Assembly (NCBI GenBank): GCA_044229975.1
Contig: JBGARZ010000004.1
Span: 288,001 to 352,000 of the forward strand
DNA from: Polyangiales bacterium
Lineage (GTDB): Bacteria > Myxococcota_A > Polyangia > Polyangiales > Ga0077539
Direction: 5' to 3'
Length of the DNA: 64,000 nucleotides
Shown here: in pieces, positions 53,771 through 63,476 of the stretch
Layout: each line of letters opens with the position of its first letter
Position numbering within the stretch: the first letter of the stretch is position 1
The notes under the pieces: model-generated
The model's database searches: none
Seen by the model: only the letters and a program-made list of their open reading frames with translations
What the model was told of the DNA's origin: nothing
Translations under genes and position numbers: made by a program

Positions 53771-53791
53771 GGAGCACCGCAGCGGCGGCAC

Positions 53792-54907
53792 CTACGTCGG
53801 GACGACGAGGTACTTCTCGCCGGTCGCCATCTTCGCGTACCCGCGCAGCACGTCGAGGTCGAGCAGCTCGCGCAGCGTGATGCGCTTCGTGTAGTGGCTG
53901 GCGAAGGTGGTCGTGAGCTCGTTCGCGACGCGCGTTCGCAGCCCGACCACCTCGGGCCCGGTGAGCTTCGCGAGCGTGTTGCTCACGAGCCAGCCGCCGA
54001 TGCCCCAGGACATGCCGTAGTTGCGCGAGAGCGTCGTGGCCGCGCGGTCGAGCCCGCCATAGACGTAGAGCTGCTTGTGGGTGGTCGATCCGTAGGGGCT
54101 GTACCGCGCGGCGTCCCTGCTCGCGACGCGCTCCATCGCGCGCAGCAGAACGTCCGCCAGCGGGCCGCCACCGATGGCGTCGAACGCGAGCGTCGCGTTG
54201 GTGCGGGCGATGGCTTCGACGAGGTCGTCCTCGAAGGTCGGTGCGCTGGAGTCGACGACGTGCTCGGCGCCGAGCTCACGCAGCGCGCTCACCTGCTCCG
54301 CGCGACGAACGACGTTGACCAGCGCGACGCCGTCCTTCGCGCAGAGCTTCACCAGCATCTGCCCGAGGTTCGACGCCGCGGCGGTGTGGATGATCGCGGA
54401 GTGACCCTCGCGGCGCATCGTCTCCAGCATGCACAGCGCGGTCGTCGGGTTGACGAAGTTGGAGGCGCCCTGCTCGGCGCTTACCCCGTCAGGTAATGCG
54501 AGGCACATCGCCGCGGGGAACACGCGGTGCTGGGCGTAGGTTCCGCCGCCGTAGACGCCGACGGTCTTGCCGAGCAATGCCTGGGCGGCTGGTGACGCGC
54601 CCGCGGCGACCACGACCCCGGCGCCCTCGTTGCCGACGGGCAACGGCTTGCCCACGCGCGACGCGAGGCCGGCCATCGCCGCGGGCGGGATCTTCGCCGT
54701 CAGCGCGGGGAGCTCGGCGGTGCCCGTGGAGCGGGCGGTGTCGAAGTCGGCGCGCGCGAAGAGCACGCCGAGGTCGGAGGGGTTGATGGGCGCCGCGTCG
54801 ATGCGGACGACCACGTCATCGGGCCCCGGCGTGGGCATCGGCGCCTCGTGCAGCGCGACCTCGACCTCACCCTCGGGACGAACCAGCGATCGGAGCTGTA
54901 GCGACAT
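53792..54907 (-). CDS. MDR-family (quinone/enoyl reductase-like) oxidoreductase
   Basis: AAPINPSDLG, VGNEGAG, FVNPTTA, HTAAASNLGQML, AFDAIGGG, ATGEKYL. Confidence 0.88.
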   Translation of the reverse strand: MSLQLRSLVRPEGEVEVALHEAPMPTPGPDDVVVRIDAAPINPSDLGVLFARADFDTARSTGTAELPALTAKIPPAAMAGLASRVGKPLPVGNEGAGVVVAAGASPAAQALLGKTVGVYGGGTYAQHRVFPAAMCLALPDGVSAEQGASNFVNPTTALCMLETMRREGHSAIIHTAAASNLGQMLVKLCAKDGVALVNVVRRAEQVSALRELGAEHVVDSSAPTFEDDLVEAIARTNATLAFDAIGGGPLADVLLRAMERVASRDAARYSPYGSTTHKQLYVYGGLDRAATTLSRNYGMSWGIGGWLVSNTLAKLTGPEVVGLRTRVANELTTTFASHYTKRITLRELLDLDVLRGYAKMATGEKYLVVPT

Positions 54908-55397
54908 GGCCACCGGGATAGAGGTGCGCGCGGACTTCGACAAGTCGTTCAAAGGCCCACTGGGCCAACCGAGGGGCAGCGCAGCCTGGTAGCGCCCGCG
55001 GAAGGTGTCTTCGAGCCAGCGTTCGGCGTCGGTGCGCTCGGGGCTGGAGCCCCACGGGAGGCGATTGCTACGGAGACGCTCGCGCATCGCCTCGATCGGC
55101 GCTGAGAGGTCGCGCGCGAGGGTGAGCCGCCCCTGCTCGAAGAGGAGCTCGTGGACTTCCGCCCAACACCAGAAGCCGTTGTAGTACCGGTCGAAGCCCG
55201 GCGCGTCCGTGTGGCCGTTGCCCGCCAGCAACGCGCCAGTGAAGGGAACGGGCACCGAGAGACCCTCGTACTCGAACTGCTCTCCCGCGCGTCGGGTGGG
55301 CAGGAGCCCTTCGAGCGCTGGAAGCGCCCTCTTCAACGCGCGCACCCGCTCCGCCACGCCGAGACCGAGGCGGAGCGCGCGGAGCGTCAGCGCGTCG
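54908..55397 (-). pseudogene. 3' part of an IS-interrupted hypothetical gene
   Basis: DALTLRALRL...PVPFTGALL...ELLFEQGRL continues the 57177 fragment in frame once the IS and one duplication copy are removed. Confidence 0.75.
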
Positions 55398-55437
55398 CGG
55401 AACGTGTCAACGAACGTGAGACAGTTTGGGTGAAAGA

Positions 55438-56526
55438 TTACTGAAGCATCTGCTCCTGCGCGGGGGTCGCACCCCCGCACCCCGCGGGTTCCTTGGGCGC
55501 GCAGGACGGCGGCCCGTCCTGCGTCCCGGCGGAACTCGTCTTGGGCGGGTTGATCCACGCCGCGGTGGGTGCTCGGGGCGCTCGTGGCCGACCGCGCACG
55601 AAGCGCTCAGGGTGGTCGGCGTAGGCCGCCGCGAGCACGACGTCGCGCGCCGCGATCCGCTCGTGCGTGAGTCCGTGATGGACGTCCGCAGGCGTCAGCA
55701 GCGCGAGGCCGGCGTGATGATGGTCGCGGTTGTACCAGTCGAAGAACGGGCCGCAGAAGCCGCGCGCGTCCTCCAGCGAGCCGAACCGATCGGGGAAGTC
55801 GGGGCGGTACTTCAAGGTCTTGAACTGCGCCTCCGAGTACGGGTTGTCGTCCGAGACGTGGGGCCGCGAGTGCGTCTTCTCCACGCCCAGATCCGAGAGC
55901 TTCTGCGCCACCGTGCGCGACGTCATCGACGAGCCGCGATCGGCGTGCAGCGTCAGCTGACCGGGCGCGATGCCCTGGCGACGACAGGTCTCCGCGATGA
56001 ACTCCTCGGCCAGCGCCGCCGACTCCCGCAGCGCGACCATCCAGCCCACGACGTAGCGGCTGAACACGTCGAGGATCACGTACAGGTAGTAGTAGGTCCA
56101 CTTGCCCGGCCCCCGCAGCTTGGTGATGTCCCACGACCACAGCTGGTTGGGTCGCGTGGCCAGCAGCTCGGGCCGCTGATAGTTCGGGCGCATCGTCAGC
56201 GCCCGCCGCTCGCGCACCTCCTCGTGCCGATGGAGCACCCGGTAGAACGTGCGGATGGAGCCCAGGTAGCGGCCCTCGTCGAGCAGCGCCGCGTACACCT
56301 CGGCGGGCGCCTGGTCGGCGAAGCGGGACTCGTGCAGCACGTCCAACACGCGCTGCTCCTCGTCCTCCGACAGCCGCCTCGGCGAGCGCCGGGAAGGCGT
56401 CTCGGGCGGCGGCGAGGGCTCCTCGACGGGCGTTCGCAGCCGGTACCAGGTGGCCCGCGACAGGCCGATGGCCCGGCAGACGGCGGCCACACCGAGGAGC
56501 GCCACGAAGGGCAGCGCGAGGTCCAT
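55438..56526 (-). CDS. IS3-family transposase OrfB (DDE)
   Basis: PNQLWSWDIT, LHADRGS, DNPYSEAQFKTLKY; overlaps the orfA stop (TGATG); A8 slippery run at 56577-56584. Confidence 0.92.
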   Translation of the reverse strand: MDLALPFVALLGVAAVCRAIGLSRATWYRLRTPVEEPSPPPETPSRRSPRRLSEDEEQRVLDVLHESRFADQAPAEVYAALLDEGRYLGSIRTFYRVLHRHEEVRERRALTMRPNYQRPELLATRPNQLWSWDITKLRGPGKWTYYYLYVILDVFSRYVVGWMVALRESAALAEEFIAETCRRQGIAPGQLTLHADRGSSMTSRTVAQKLSDLGVEKTHSRPHVSDDNPYSEAQFKTLKYRPDFPDRFGSLEDARGFCGPFFDWYNRDHHHAGLALLTPADVHHGLTHERIAARDVVLAAAYADHPERFVRGRPRAPRAPTAAWINPPKTSSAGTQDGPPSCAPKEPAGCGGATPAQEQMLQ

Positions 56527-56936
56527 CACCGCGTCTCTCCGCCCGGCGTCGGGTCGGTCGAGAACAGCCCCACAAGTTTTTTTTGCAGGGTCACGAGCAT
56601 CTCGGCGCGCTCGGCCCGCAGGGTCATCTGGGTGAGCTGCTGCTCCAGTTCGCGCACTCGTGCAGCGTCCTGAGCGACCGGGGCCGGCACCGGTCCTCGT
56701 CGCACGGGCGCGGCCTCGGCCAACGCACCGGCGTCGCGGGCGCGCCGCCACTCGGTCAGGTGCGAGGAGTACAGGCCGTGTCGCCGCAAGAGCGCGGCGA
56801 GCTGACCCGGCTCGGCGGCGGCCGCGTCGGCTTCGGCGAGAATCTTCCGCTTGAACGCGGGGCTGTACGTGCGGCGCTTCGCCTTGGGCGTGACCTCGGT
56901 CGGAGCGACGTCGGGCTTCTTCGTGACCATGTCCAT
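56526..56936 (-). CDS. IS3-family transposase OrfA (HTH)
   Basis: AGGAG SD; RRTYSPAFKRKIL...LLRRHGLYSSHLTEWR; QKK at the frameshift window. Confidence 0.9.
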   Translation of the reverse strand: MDMVTKKPDVAPTEVTPKAKRRTYSPAFKRKILAEADAAAAEPGQLAALLRRHGLYSSHLTEWRRARDAGALAEAAPVRRGPVPAPVAQDAARVRELEQQLTQMTLRAERAEMLVTLQKKLVGLFSTDPTPGGETR

Positions 56937-57010
56937 GAGACCGTCTCCTGACCGCCCTGGTTCAGTAAACTCCCCGGCTGGGGTGTCTCACGGGTTATTG
57001 GCACGCAGGG

Positions 57011-57177
57011 TCGTCCGCCAGCGCGTAGCGGCAGTGGAAGCCGCGCCAGCAGTGGCTCCCCAGCCAGCTCGTCGTGATGCCGAGCGCTCTCGGATCGAAG
57101 AGGCCGCGGCCGTCCACGTCGGTGATGACGTGCGGCCTGTCGCGCATTTCGAGGAGGTCGAGGAGCTGTGTGGTCAC
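57011..57177 (-). pseudogene. 5' part of the IS-interrupted hypothetical gene
   Basis: AGGAG SD and GTG start; MTTQLLD...GLFDP...CWRGFHCRYALAD is cut at the IS end. Confidence 0.75.
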
Positions 57178-57188
57178 GGTACGGACTC

Positions 57189-58457
57189 CTACAAGCCGAC
57201 GAGGGCTGCGAAGTCGCGGCGGCGCGCGGGCAGGCCGTAGACCATCGGGAGGTCGCTGTCGGTGCGCCAGAAGGCGTCCGAGCGCGCGAGGGCTTCGACG
57301 ACACGACGCTCATCCGTGGTCAGCGAAGCAGTCGTGACGGGCTCCGCGATGTTGACTACCACTGTGGACCCACCGGCGAGTCGCTCGGGCCAGTAACCAG
57401 GGCGCGGAGAGTCCCAGGTGCACAGGTACGGGTGAGAGATGAACTCGACGTCAGGGGTGCGCTCTTCGCGCGTGCGCCAGTGGACCTTCATCTGGAAGGG
57501 ATCCTCCTGATCCGGCCAGAATCCGCCGCCGCCCGTGAGTCTCGGAAGGGCGAGCGACTGCACACACGCGAAGGGACGCGGCGGACGCGCCGGGCCACCG
57601 AGCCGCCAGTGCAGCGCAAGCCACAAGATGTCCCCGCCGAGATCGAACGCGTTGTACCGATCCTCGACGTCAGGGAACGCGCGCAGCATCGCGTCGAGGA
57701 GCAACGGTCTCCAGACCACGGGCGCCCCATGGAGGACCTCGTCGATATCGAGGTGGTGCACGTAGCCCCCTCCCCTCGCGCTCAGTGGCGCCAGGGAGTT
57801 CCGCACCACCGCGTCGGCCCACGACGGATCGGGCGGATGCGTGGCGCTCTTCATCAGTCCATAGGAGGCGCGTGCGGCGACCAGCGGGTCAGGGTCGTCG
57901 ACGAAGGTCCGCAGGCGGGCGCGAACCTCTTCGCTCTCTGGATCGACGAAGCGGCTGTAGTTCGCGAGCAGCTCCGCGCGCGCACCAGGGTCCAGCTCCG
58001 CATCAAGGGCCGCTTCGATGTCCGACTTCGCCGCTCGCGCTCGCTCTGGATATGCCGCCACCAGACTCGCCGCCACCGCTCGCGCGTCAGGCTCCTCCGC
58101 CGCAAGCAGCTCCACATAGCGAGGGAAGCCGAGCTCCGCCGCGCGGATGCATCGCTCGCGGACTGCGGGCTCGCGCGTCATTCCTACCGCGATCGCGTCG
58201 AGCAGGTAGAGGACGCCCACGAGGTTGTCCCCGCTCGTCACGCGCGTGAGGTTGATGAGGAAGGGGGCCGCCGCCGCGGACGCCTCGTCGACGCTGTCCT
58301 GGTTGGTGATCGACGCAAACAGCTCGCGCCACGTCTCGTCGTCGGCCTCGCCGCGCGCGATCTGTCGCAGCCTTCGCGGCGTGTCGATCGGCGGGCCGCA
58401 CGTGTGTCGCAACCGATCCCACGGAACGTCGTCGAGCCCCGCCAGCGGGTCATCCAT
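57189..58457 (-). CDS. HEAT-repeat hypothetical protein
   Basis: LDDVPWDRLRH...; D(A/L)..RA.A HEAT-like repeats. Confidence 0.75.
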   Translation of the reverse strand: MDDPLAGLDDVPWDRLRHTCGPPIDTPRRLRQIARGEADDETWRELFASITNQDSVDEASAAAAPFLINLTRVTSGDNLVGVLYLLDAIAVGMTREPAVRERCIRAAELGFPRYVELLAAEEPDARAVAASLVAAYPERARAAKSDIEAALDAELDPGARAELLANYSRFVDPESEEVRARLRTFVDDPDPLVAARASYGLMKSATHPPDPSWADAVVRNSLAPLSARGGGYVHHLDIDEVLHGAPVVWRPLLLDAMLRAFPDVEDRYNAFDLGGDILWLALHWRLGGPARPPRPFACVQSLALPRLTGGGGFWPDQEDPFQMKVHWRTREERTPDVEFISHPYLCTWDSPRPGYWPERLAGGSTVVVNIAEPVTTASLTTDERRVVEALARSDAFWRTDSDLPMVYGLPARRRDFAALVGL

Positions 58458-58466
58458 CGCCCGACG

Positions 58467-59237
58467 TTACCGCCCTGCGCGACGCGCCGCGAAGCCCTCC
58501 AGCGCCGCGTACTGGTCCCCCTTCACGCGCACCGACGGCCGCGCCGCCGCCACCAGCGCCACCGCCTCCGCCGCGCCCTTCGCCCGCCCGAGCGCGATGA
58601 GCACCGCCGCCGCCACCGTCGCGCTGCGCCCTCTGCCAAAGGCACAATGCACGTACACCGCGCCGCCCGCCTCGACGCGGTCGACGGCCCACTGCACCGC
58701 CGCGTCCATCTTCTCTGGCCGCGGTGGTGCCCGGTCGAGCGTTGGCACCGCGTGCCGCTCGAACGGCGCCCGCGCGAACACCGCCGCCGTCGGCAGCTCG
58801 CTCGTCAGGTCGATCACGCCGGTCACCCCGCGCGACCGCAGCATCTCCGCCTCCCACGGAAACAACCGCGCCCCGAGGAACACCCCCGGCGACACCTCGT
58901 CGAGCACCGCCGACCGCCGCGTCCAGCGCGCGCCCGCGAACACCGCGTAGCTCACCACGCGAAACGGGAAGAACACCCCCTGCATCCACCCGTGGCGCTC
59001 GCCCTTGAGCAATGGTCCGGGATCGCCCCCGCGCGCCGCGTCGAGGTACAGCGCGCACACTGCCAGCAGCGAAAGCGCCGCCCACGCGCCCGCGACGCCG
59101 AGCAGCGTCAGCGCGAGGATACCGTGTTGGGTAAAAGAGACCGCGAGCAGGAAGGCCGCGGCGTCGACGGCGAGGAGCAGCGCCGTCCACCGCAGCAGAC
59201 CCGGAGACCAGGGTCGTGCTGCGGCGGGGGTGCCCAT
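58467..59237 (-). CDS. Membrane-anchored dual-specificity phosphatase
   Basis: N-terminal TM helices; VIDLTSE; VYVHCAFGRGRS (CX5R). Confidence 0.9.
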   Translation of the reverse strand: MGTPAAARPWSPGLLRWTALLLAVDAAAFLLAVSFTQHGILALTLLGVAGAWAALSLLAVCALYLDAARGGDPGPLLKGERHGWMQGVFFPFRVVSYAVFAGARWTRRSAVLDEVSPGVFLGARLFPWEAEMLRSRGVTGVIDLTSELPTAAVFARAPFERHAVPTLDRAPPRPEKMDAAVQWAVDRVEAGGAVYVHCAFGRGRSATVAAAVLIALGRAKGAAEAVALVAAARPSVRVKGDQYAALEGFAARRAGR

Positions 59238-59250
59238 CGCGGGTGTTGGA

Positions 59251-60363
59251 TCAGCCCTTGTTGCTGGCGGCGGCCATCTCGGCGACTTCGGTGGCGAAGT
59301 CCTTGGCGGCTGCCTTCTCGATGCCCTCGCCGACCTCGAAGCGCACGAAGCGCACGATGGAGGTGCCGGGCACTTCCTTCGCGACGTTCGCCTGCACCTT
59401 GCTGATCGGGGTGTTGGACTCCTTCACGGAGATCTGGTCGAGCAGCACGATCTCGGTGAGCCACTTGGCGATCTTGCCGTCGAGGATCTTCTCCTTCGCG
59501 GCGGGCGCGCGCCCCTTGGCCTTCTCGGCGGCCTTCTTGAAGCCCTCCATGGTGCCGCGGTCCTTCTCGGACTTCTCGAAGTGGGCCTTCACCTCGGCGT
59601 CCATGTCGCCGAGCGTGCGCCCCTCTTCGGCCGCGATCTCCGCGATGACCGTCTGCACGCGCGTGAGGAACTCACCCGGCGCCGCGGCCGCCTCGGCGTC
59701 TTCCTTGTCCATCAGCGCCGAGAAGATCTCGCGCTGCTTGGCGATGTCCGACGCCGGCACCTCGCTCTTGTCGAGGTACTTCGGGTTCATCGACGCCACC
59801 TGGAGGCAGACGTCGTCGGCGAACTCGATGACCTTCTCGCTCTTCGGGTTGGAGCTGGCGATCTCCGCCACCACCGCGATGCGGTCGTTGGAGTGCACGT
59901 ACGTGTGGAGGTGCGACCCGGCGGCGCTCTCGATCACCGCTACGCGGCGGACGGTGTGCTTCTCGCCCGAGCGCGCGGTCATGGTCTCGATGCGGTCCTT
60001 GAAGGTCATGCCCGAGAAGGCGATGGCTTCGAGGGCCTTGGCGTCGGCCGGCTTGTGCTCGAGCGAAGCCTCCGCGAGGTCCTTCAGCGTGGCCTTGAAC
60101 TCCTCGCCGCGGGCGACGAAGTCCGTCTGACAGTTGAGCTCGACCACCACGCCGACGTTGCCGTTGACGCGCGCGGTGACGCAGCCCTCCGCGGCGACCT
60201 TGCCCGCGGCCTTGATGTTCTTGATCGTCCCCATCTTCTGGAGGACTTCCACGGCCTTCGCCATGTCGCCCTCAGCCTGCACGAGCGCGTTCTTGCAGTC
60301 CGACATGCCGGCCTGGGTGCGCTCACGGAGTTCCTTGACCATCGCTGCGGTGATAGTGGCCAT
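59251..60363 (-). CDS. tsf: Elongation factor Ts with an insertion
   Basis: VKELRERTQAGMSDCKNAL, ELNCQTDFVA, RFVRFEVGEGIEK; lies downstream of rpsB. Confidence 0.97.
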   Translation of the reverse strand: MATITAAMVKELRERTQAGMSDCKNALVQAEGDMAKAVEVLQKMGTIKNIKAAGKVAAEGCVTARVNGNVGVVVELNCQTDFVARGEEFKATLKDLAEASLEHKPADAKALEAIAFSGMTFKDRIETMTARSGEKHTVRRVAVIESAAGSHLHTYVHSNDRIAVVAEIASSNPKSEKVIEFADDVCLQVASMNPKYLDKSEVPASDIAKQREIFSALMDKEDAEAAAAPGEFLTRVQTVIAEIAAEEGRTLGDMDAEVKAHFEKSEKDRGTMEGFKKAAEKAKGRAPAAKEKILDGKIAKWLTEIVLLDQISVKESNTPISKVQANVAKEVPGTSIVRFVRFEVGEGIEKAAAKDFATEVAEMAAASNKG

Positions 60364-60506
60364 CGTTCTGCCTCTTCGCGTCTCTCGGAGTGGTGCGCCG
60401 CCCCCGCTCGTCGTGAGCGGAGGGGTTGGCGCGATTCAATTACTGGTTGGTGTAAGAAGGCGTGAGGGTCGGAGCGCCGTGTGACGCCCCGACTCCGGGG
60501 ACGGTC

Positions 60507-61508
60507 TCAGGCGCCGGAGGAGCCGTCGCCGCCGAAGGAGCTCGTCCCGCGCGGGCCGGTGCTCGCCGGAGCGCCCGTCGCCGGGGCCGCGCTCGGGCCA
60601 CGACCGCCGCCGCCAGGGCCGCCCGGACCACGACCACCAGGGCCGCCCGGACCACGACCGCCGGGGCCGCCGGGGCCACGACCGCCGCCGGGGCCGCCCG
60701 GACCACGCTCACGACCGCGCTCGCGGTCGCGCTCACGCGGGGACATGTCGACCTCGCGGTTGCCGCGGTGCTCGCCACCGGGGACGTCGCGGCGCTTCTG
60801 CACCCCTTCGATGCACGCGTCGGCGATGCGCGCCGTCACGAGCTTGATGGAGCGGATCGCGTCGTCGTTGCCCGGGATGGGATAGTTGATCTGGTCGGGG
60901 TCGCAGTTGGTGTCCGTGATGGCCACCAGCGGGATGCCGAGCTTCTTGGCTTCCTTCACCGCGATGTCCTCGAGCGCCGGGTCGATCAGGAACACGGCCG
61001 CCGGGAGGCTGTTCATGTTCTTGATGCCGCCGATGTACTCCTCGAGGCGGATGCGCTCCTTCTCGAGCTGGAGCGTCTCCTTCTTGGGGAGGTTCTCGTA
61101 GGTGCCGTCCTCCTTCATCTTCTCGATGTCGCGGAGGCGGGCGATGCCCGTGCGGATCGTGCGGAAGTTGGTGAGCGTCCCGCCGAGCCAGCGGTTGGTG
61201 ACGAAGTGCATGCCCGCGCGGGCCGACTCCTCCTGGACGATCTCCTGCGCCTGGCGCTTGGTGCCGACGAACAGCACGTGGCCGCCCTTGCCGACGACGT
61301 CGCTGATGAAGTTGTAGGCGCGCGTGAAGAGGCGCGTGGTCTGGTCGAGGTCGATGATGTGGATGCCGTTGCGGGCGCCGTAGATGTACTGGCGCATCTT
61401 CGGGTTCCAGCGCTTGGTCTGGTGGCCGAAGTGCACGCCAGCGTCGAGCAGCGCGCGAACGGGGAGGGGGGCTTCGCCCGGGGTGGGCTGGTTCGCTTCC
61501 ATCGTCAT
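60507..61508 (-). CDS. rpsB: 30S ribosomal protein S2 with a Gly/Pro/Arg-rich C-tail
   Basis: [60 protein letters not shown]. Confidence 0.98.
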   Translation of the reverse strand: MTMEANQPTPGEAPLPVRALLDAGVHFGHQTKRWNPKMRQYIYGARNGIHIIDLDQTTRLFTRAYNFISDVVGKGGHVLFVGTKRQAQEIVQEESARAGMHFVTNRWLGGTLTNFRTIRTGIARLRDIEKMKEDGTYENLPKKETLQLEKERIRLEEYIGGIKNMNSLPAAVFLIDPALEDIAVKEAKKLGIPLVAITDTNCDPDQINYPIPGNDDAIRSIKLVTARIADACIEGVQKRRDVPGGEHRGNREVDMSPRERDRERGRERGPGGPGGGRGPGGPGGRGPGGPGGRGPGGPGGGGRGPSAAPATGAPASTGPRGTSSFGGDGSSGA

Positions 61509-61529
61509 GGTGAGACTCCTCAAGGCGTC

Positions 61530-61650
61530 TGGGTTGAACCTCCCTGGTCCGACCGGCGCGTGAGACCCGGAAAGCTCCGGGCACCCTCTCCCGCGCCGCC
61601 GTGAAACGCCCCTGTAGAGGGGCGATCCGCGTTGTCGGCAGGTGTGGATT
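61530..61650 (-). promoter_or_regulatory. rpsB (S2) autoregulatory leader RNA
   Basis: CACACCTGCCGAC...GGGTGCC...GTCGGACCAGGGAGGTTCAACCC shows long-range pairing plus GGGUG and GGAGG..AAC elements like the known S2 leader. Confidence 0.65.
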
Positions 61651-61684
61651 CTCGCGGCCCGGGCAACATCGCCCGCTTCGCGAG

Positions 61685-61720
61685 GGCGCGCTTGATACCA
61701 CCGGGCCCAGCGGCGTTCAA
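61685..61720 (-). promoter_or_regulatory. rpsB-tsf sigma70 promoter
   Basis: TTGAAC-N17-TATCAA with extended -10 TG and a GCGCGCC discriminator. Confidence 0.75.
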
Positions 61721-61732
61721 GGAGGGGCGGGT

Positions 61733-61903
61733 GGGGACGGTTTCAGCTTTTCAACTTCAGCGGGGGAGCGGGGACAGCGGGGACCGGGGACGGTTTCAGC
61801 TTTTCAACTTGTTCAGGTCGGCGGACCCGACAACTTGAAAAGCTGAAACCGTCCCCACCCACCAGTGCCAACCTGAACAAGTTGAAAAGCTGAAACCGTC
61901 CCC
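61733..61903. repeat. Four copies of a 25-bp repeat GGGGACGGTTTCAGCTTTTCAACTT (2 direct, 2 inverted)
   Basis: Forward at 61733 and 61786; reverse at 61832 (1 mismatch) and 61879. Confidence 0.9.
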
Positions 61904-62024
61904 GCCCTTGGTCCCACCCCCACCCCCGGCTCTCGACCCCCCGCTCGGGGTTGGTCTGCCGTGTGCAACCGGTCCCTCCCACGCCATCAACATCGACCTG
62001 ATCGCAGAAGGGACCCGCGACACC

Positions 62025-62876
62025 ATGACCCACGACACCGACCCGGCACTCGAGCGCTACATCGCCTGCGTGAAAGAACTCCCCACGCTGTCCCGCGAGG
62101 CGGAGCACGATCTCGCCGTGAAGGTTCGCGACCACGACGACGCGGCCGCCGCCGAGGCCCTCGTCACCGCCAATCTCCGCTACGTGGTCGCCATCGCGGT
62201 CTCCTACCGCCGCTACGACGTCCGCCTCGCCGACCTCATCGCCGAGGGCAGCGTCGGCCTCCTTACAGCCGTGAAGAAGTTCGACCCCGAGAAGGGAACC
62301 CGCTTCGTCACCTACGCCGCCTTCTGGATCAGGGCGTTCATCCTCAACGCCGTCATTCGCGCCTGGTCGCTCGTCGGGTCGGGCAGCGGCCCGCTGCGCT
62401 CGAAGATGTTCTTCCGGCTGCGCCGCGAGCGCGCCCGCATGGCCTCGCTCAGCGTCGGCGAAGAGGAGATGCTCACCACCCTCGCCACGCAGCTCAACAC
62501 CACCCGCGACCGCGTCGCCGAGATGCTCCAACGCCTCGATGTCCGCGACATCTCGCTCGACGCCCCGCTCCACGAGGACGGCAAGACCACCGGCCTGGAG
62601 CAGCTCGAAGACACCAGCGCGCCGCAGGACGAAGTCTACGAAGCCCGCGTTCGCGCGGGCCTGGTCGACGGCCGCGTTCGCGCCGCCGTGAGCACCCTCG
62701 ACGCCCGCGAGCGCTTCATCGTCGAGCAGCGGATGATGGCCGACGAAGAGCTTTCCCTCGCCGAGCTCGGCCGCCGCCTCGGCGTCTCCCGCGAGCGCAC
62801 CCGCCAGCTCGAAGCCCGCGCGCGCAAGAAGCTCCAGCGCTCGCTGTCCGACCTCCAGTTCGCGCTCGCGAGCTGA
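62025..62876 (+). CDS. RNA polymerase sigma factor, sigma32/RpoH family
   Basis: LVTANLRYVV, DLIAEG, KFDPEKGTRFVTYAAFWIRA, RpoH-box-like SKMFFRLRR, GVSRERTRQLE. Confidence 0.92.
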   Translation: MTHDTDPALERYIACVKELPTLSREAEHDLAVKVRDHDDAAAAEALVTANLRYVVAIAVSYRRYDVRLADLIAEGSVGLLTAVKKFDPEKGTRFVTYAAFWIRAFILNAVIRAWSLVGSGSGPLRSKMFFRLRRERARMASLSVGEEEMLTTLATQLNTTRDRVAEMLQRLDVRDISLDAPLHEDGKTTGLEQLEDTSAPQDEVYEARVRAGLVDGRVRAAVSTLDARERFIVEQRMMADEELSLAELGRRLGVSRERTRQLEARARKKLQRSLSDLQFALAS

Positions 62877-62887
62877 GCCTTTCCCCT

Positions 62888-63442
62888 CTATTCCTCCGGC
62901 ACCAGCACCTCTCGCGTGATCGTCCCCTCGACGGTCTTGTCCCCGACGGTCACGTAGAGTGCGCCGTCGGTGCGGAGCAGCGAGAGCTTCGCGTTGCGGT
63001 CGACCTTCCCCTCCAATTCATCGAGAAAACCAGTCTCCAAGCGCCACAGGGCGATGTCCGCCGCGCGGTGGATGGGCCGCGAGGCCGCCTCCTTGCGCAG
63101 CAACCCCAGGTCGACGTGGGAGTAGAGCGCCACCCGCGGCGCCGCCTTCGACGCCTTGTGCAGGCGCTCGGCGGAGGGGGCGCCGATGTCGATCCACGCC
63201 TTGAGCAGACCCGTCAGGTCGCGGATCGCGATGGGCGGCTCCAGCTCCTCCGACGAGATGCCCGCCTTGCTGAACGCGATGCCCTCCTCGTACTCCAGGC
63301 AGTACGCGAGGGTGCGGGTGAGCATGTAGCGCATCGACTCCGACGGATGCCGCGCGACCCTGAAATCAAGGGTTTCGTAGACGCTCCGGTCGACGTCCGA
63401 GAGCTCGACCAGGAAGTGGAACATCGTCGCCGTGAGCGCCAT
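62888..63442 (-). CDS. yaeQ: YaeQ family protein
   Basis: MALTAT...LSDVDR.VY...VARHPSES..M..R.LAY, WIDIGAP...RLHKA. Confidence 0.92.
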   Translation of the reverse strand: MALTATMFHFLVELSDVDRSVYETLDFRVARHPSESMRYMLTRTLAYCLEYEEGIAFSKAGISSEELEPPIAIRDLTGLLKAWIDIGAPSAERLHKASKAAPRVALYSHVDLGLLRKEAASRPIHRAADIALWRLETGFLDELEGKVDRNAKLSLLRTDGALYVTVGDKTVEGTITREVLVPEE

Positions 63443-63476
63443 GGGGAGCCTTGTAGGGGGGGAGAGCCCTTGCGGT

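Larger units (their letters stand above)
55398..57010 (-). mobile_element. IS3-family insertion sequence (about 1.6 kb)
   Basis: orfA/orfB; imperfect IRs CCCTGCGTGCCAATAACCCGTGAGACA / CGGAACGTGTCAACGAACGTGAGACA; flanking TCG (or GTCG) duplication. Confidence 0.9.

Noticed and set aside
53792..55558. A single 588-aa protein starting at 55558
   Set aside because: Its start lies inside the IS; it is a chimera of IS end, pseudogene fragment and oxidoreductase
61733..61903. CRISPR array
   Set aside because: Copies are in mixed orientation with uneven spacing and no cas genes
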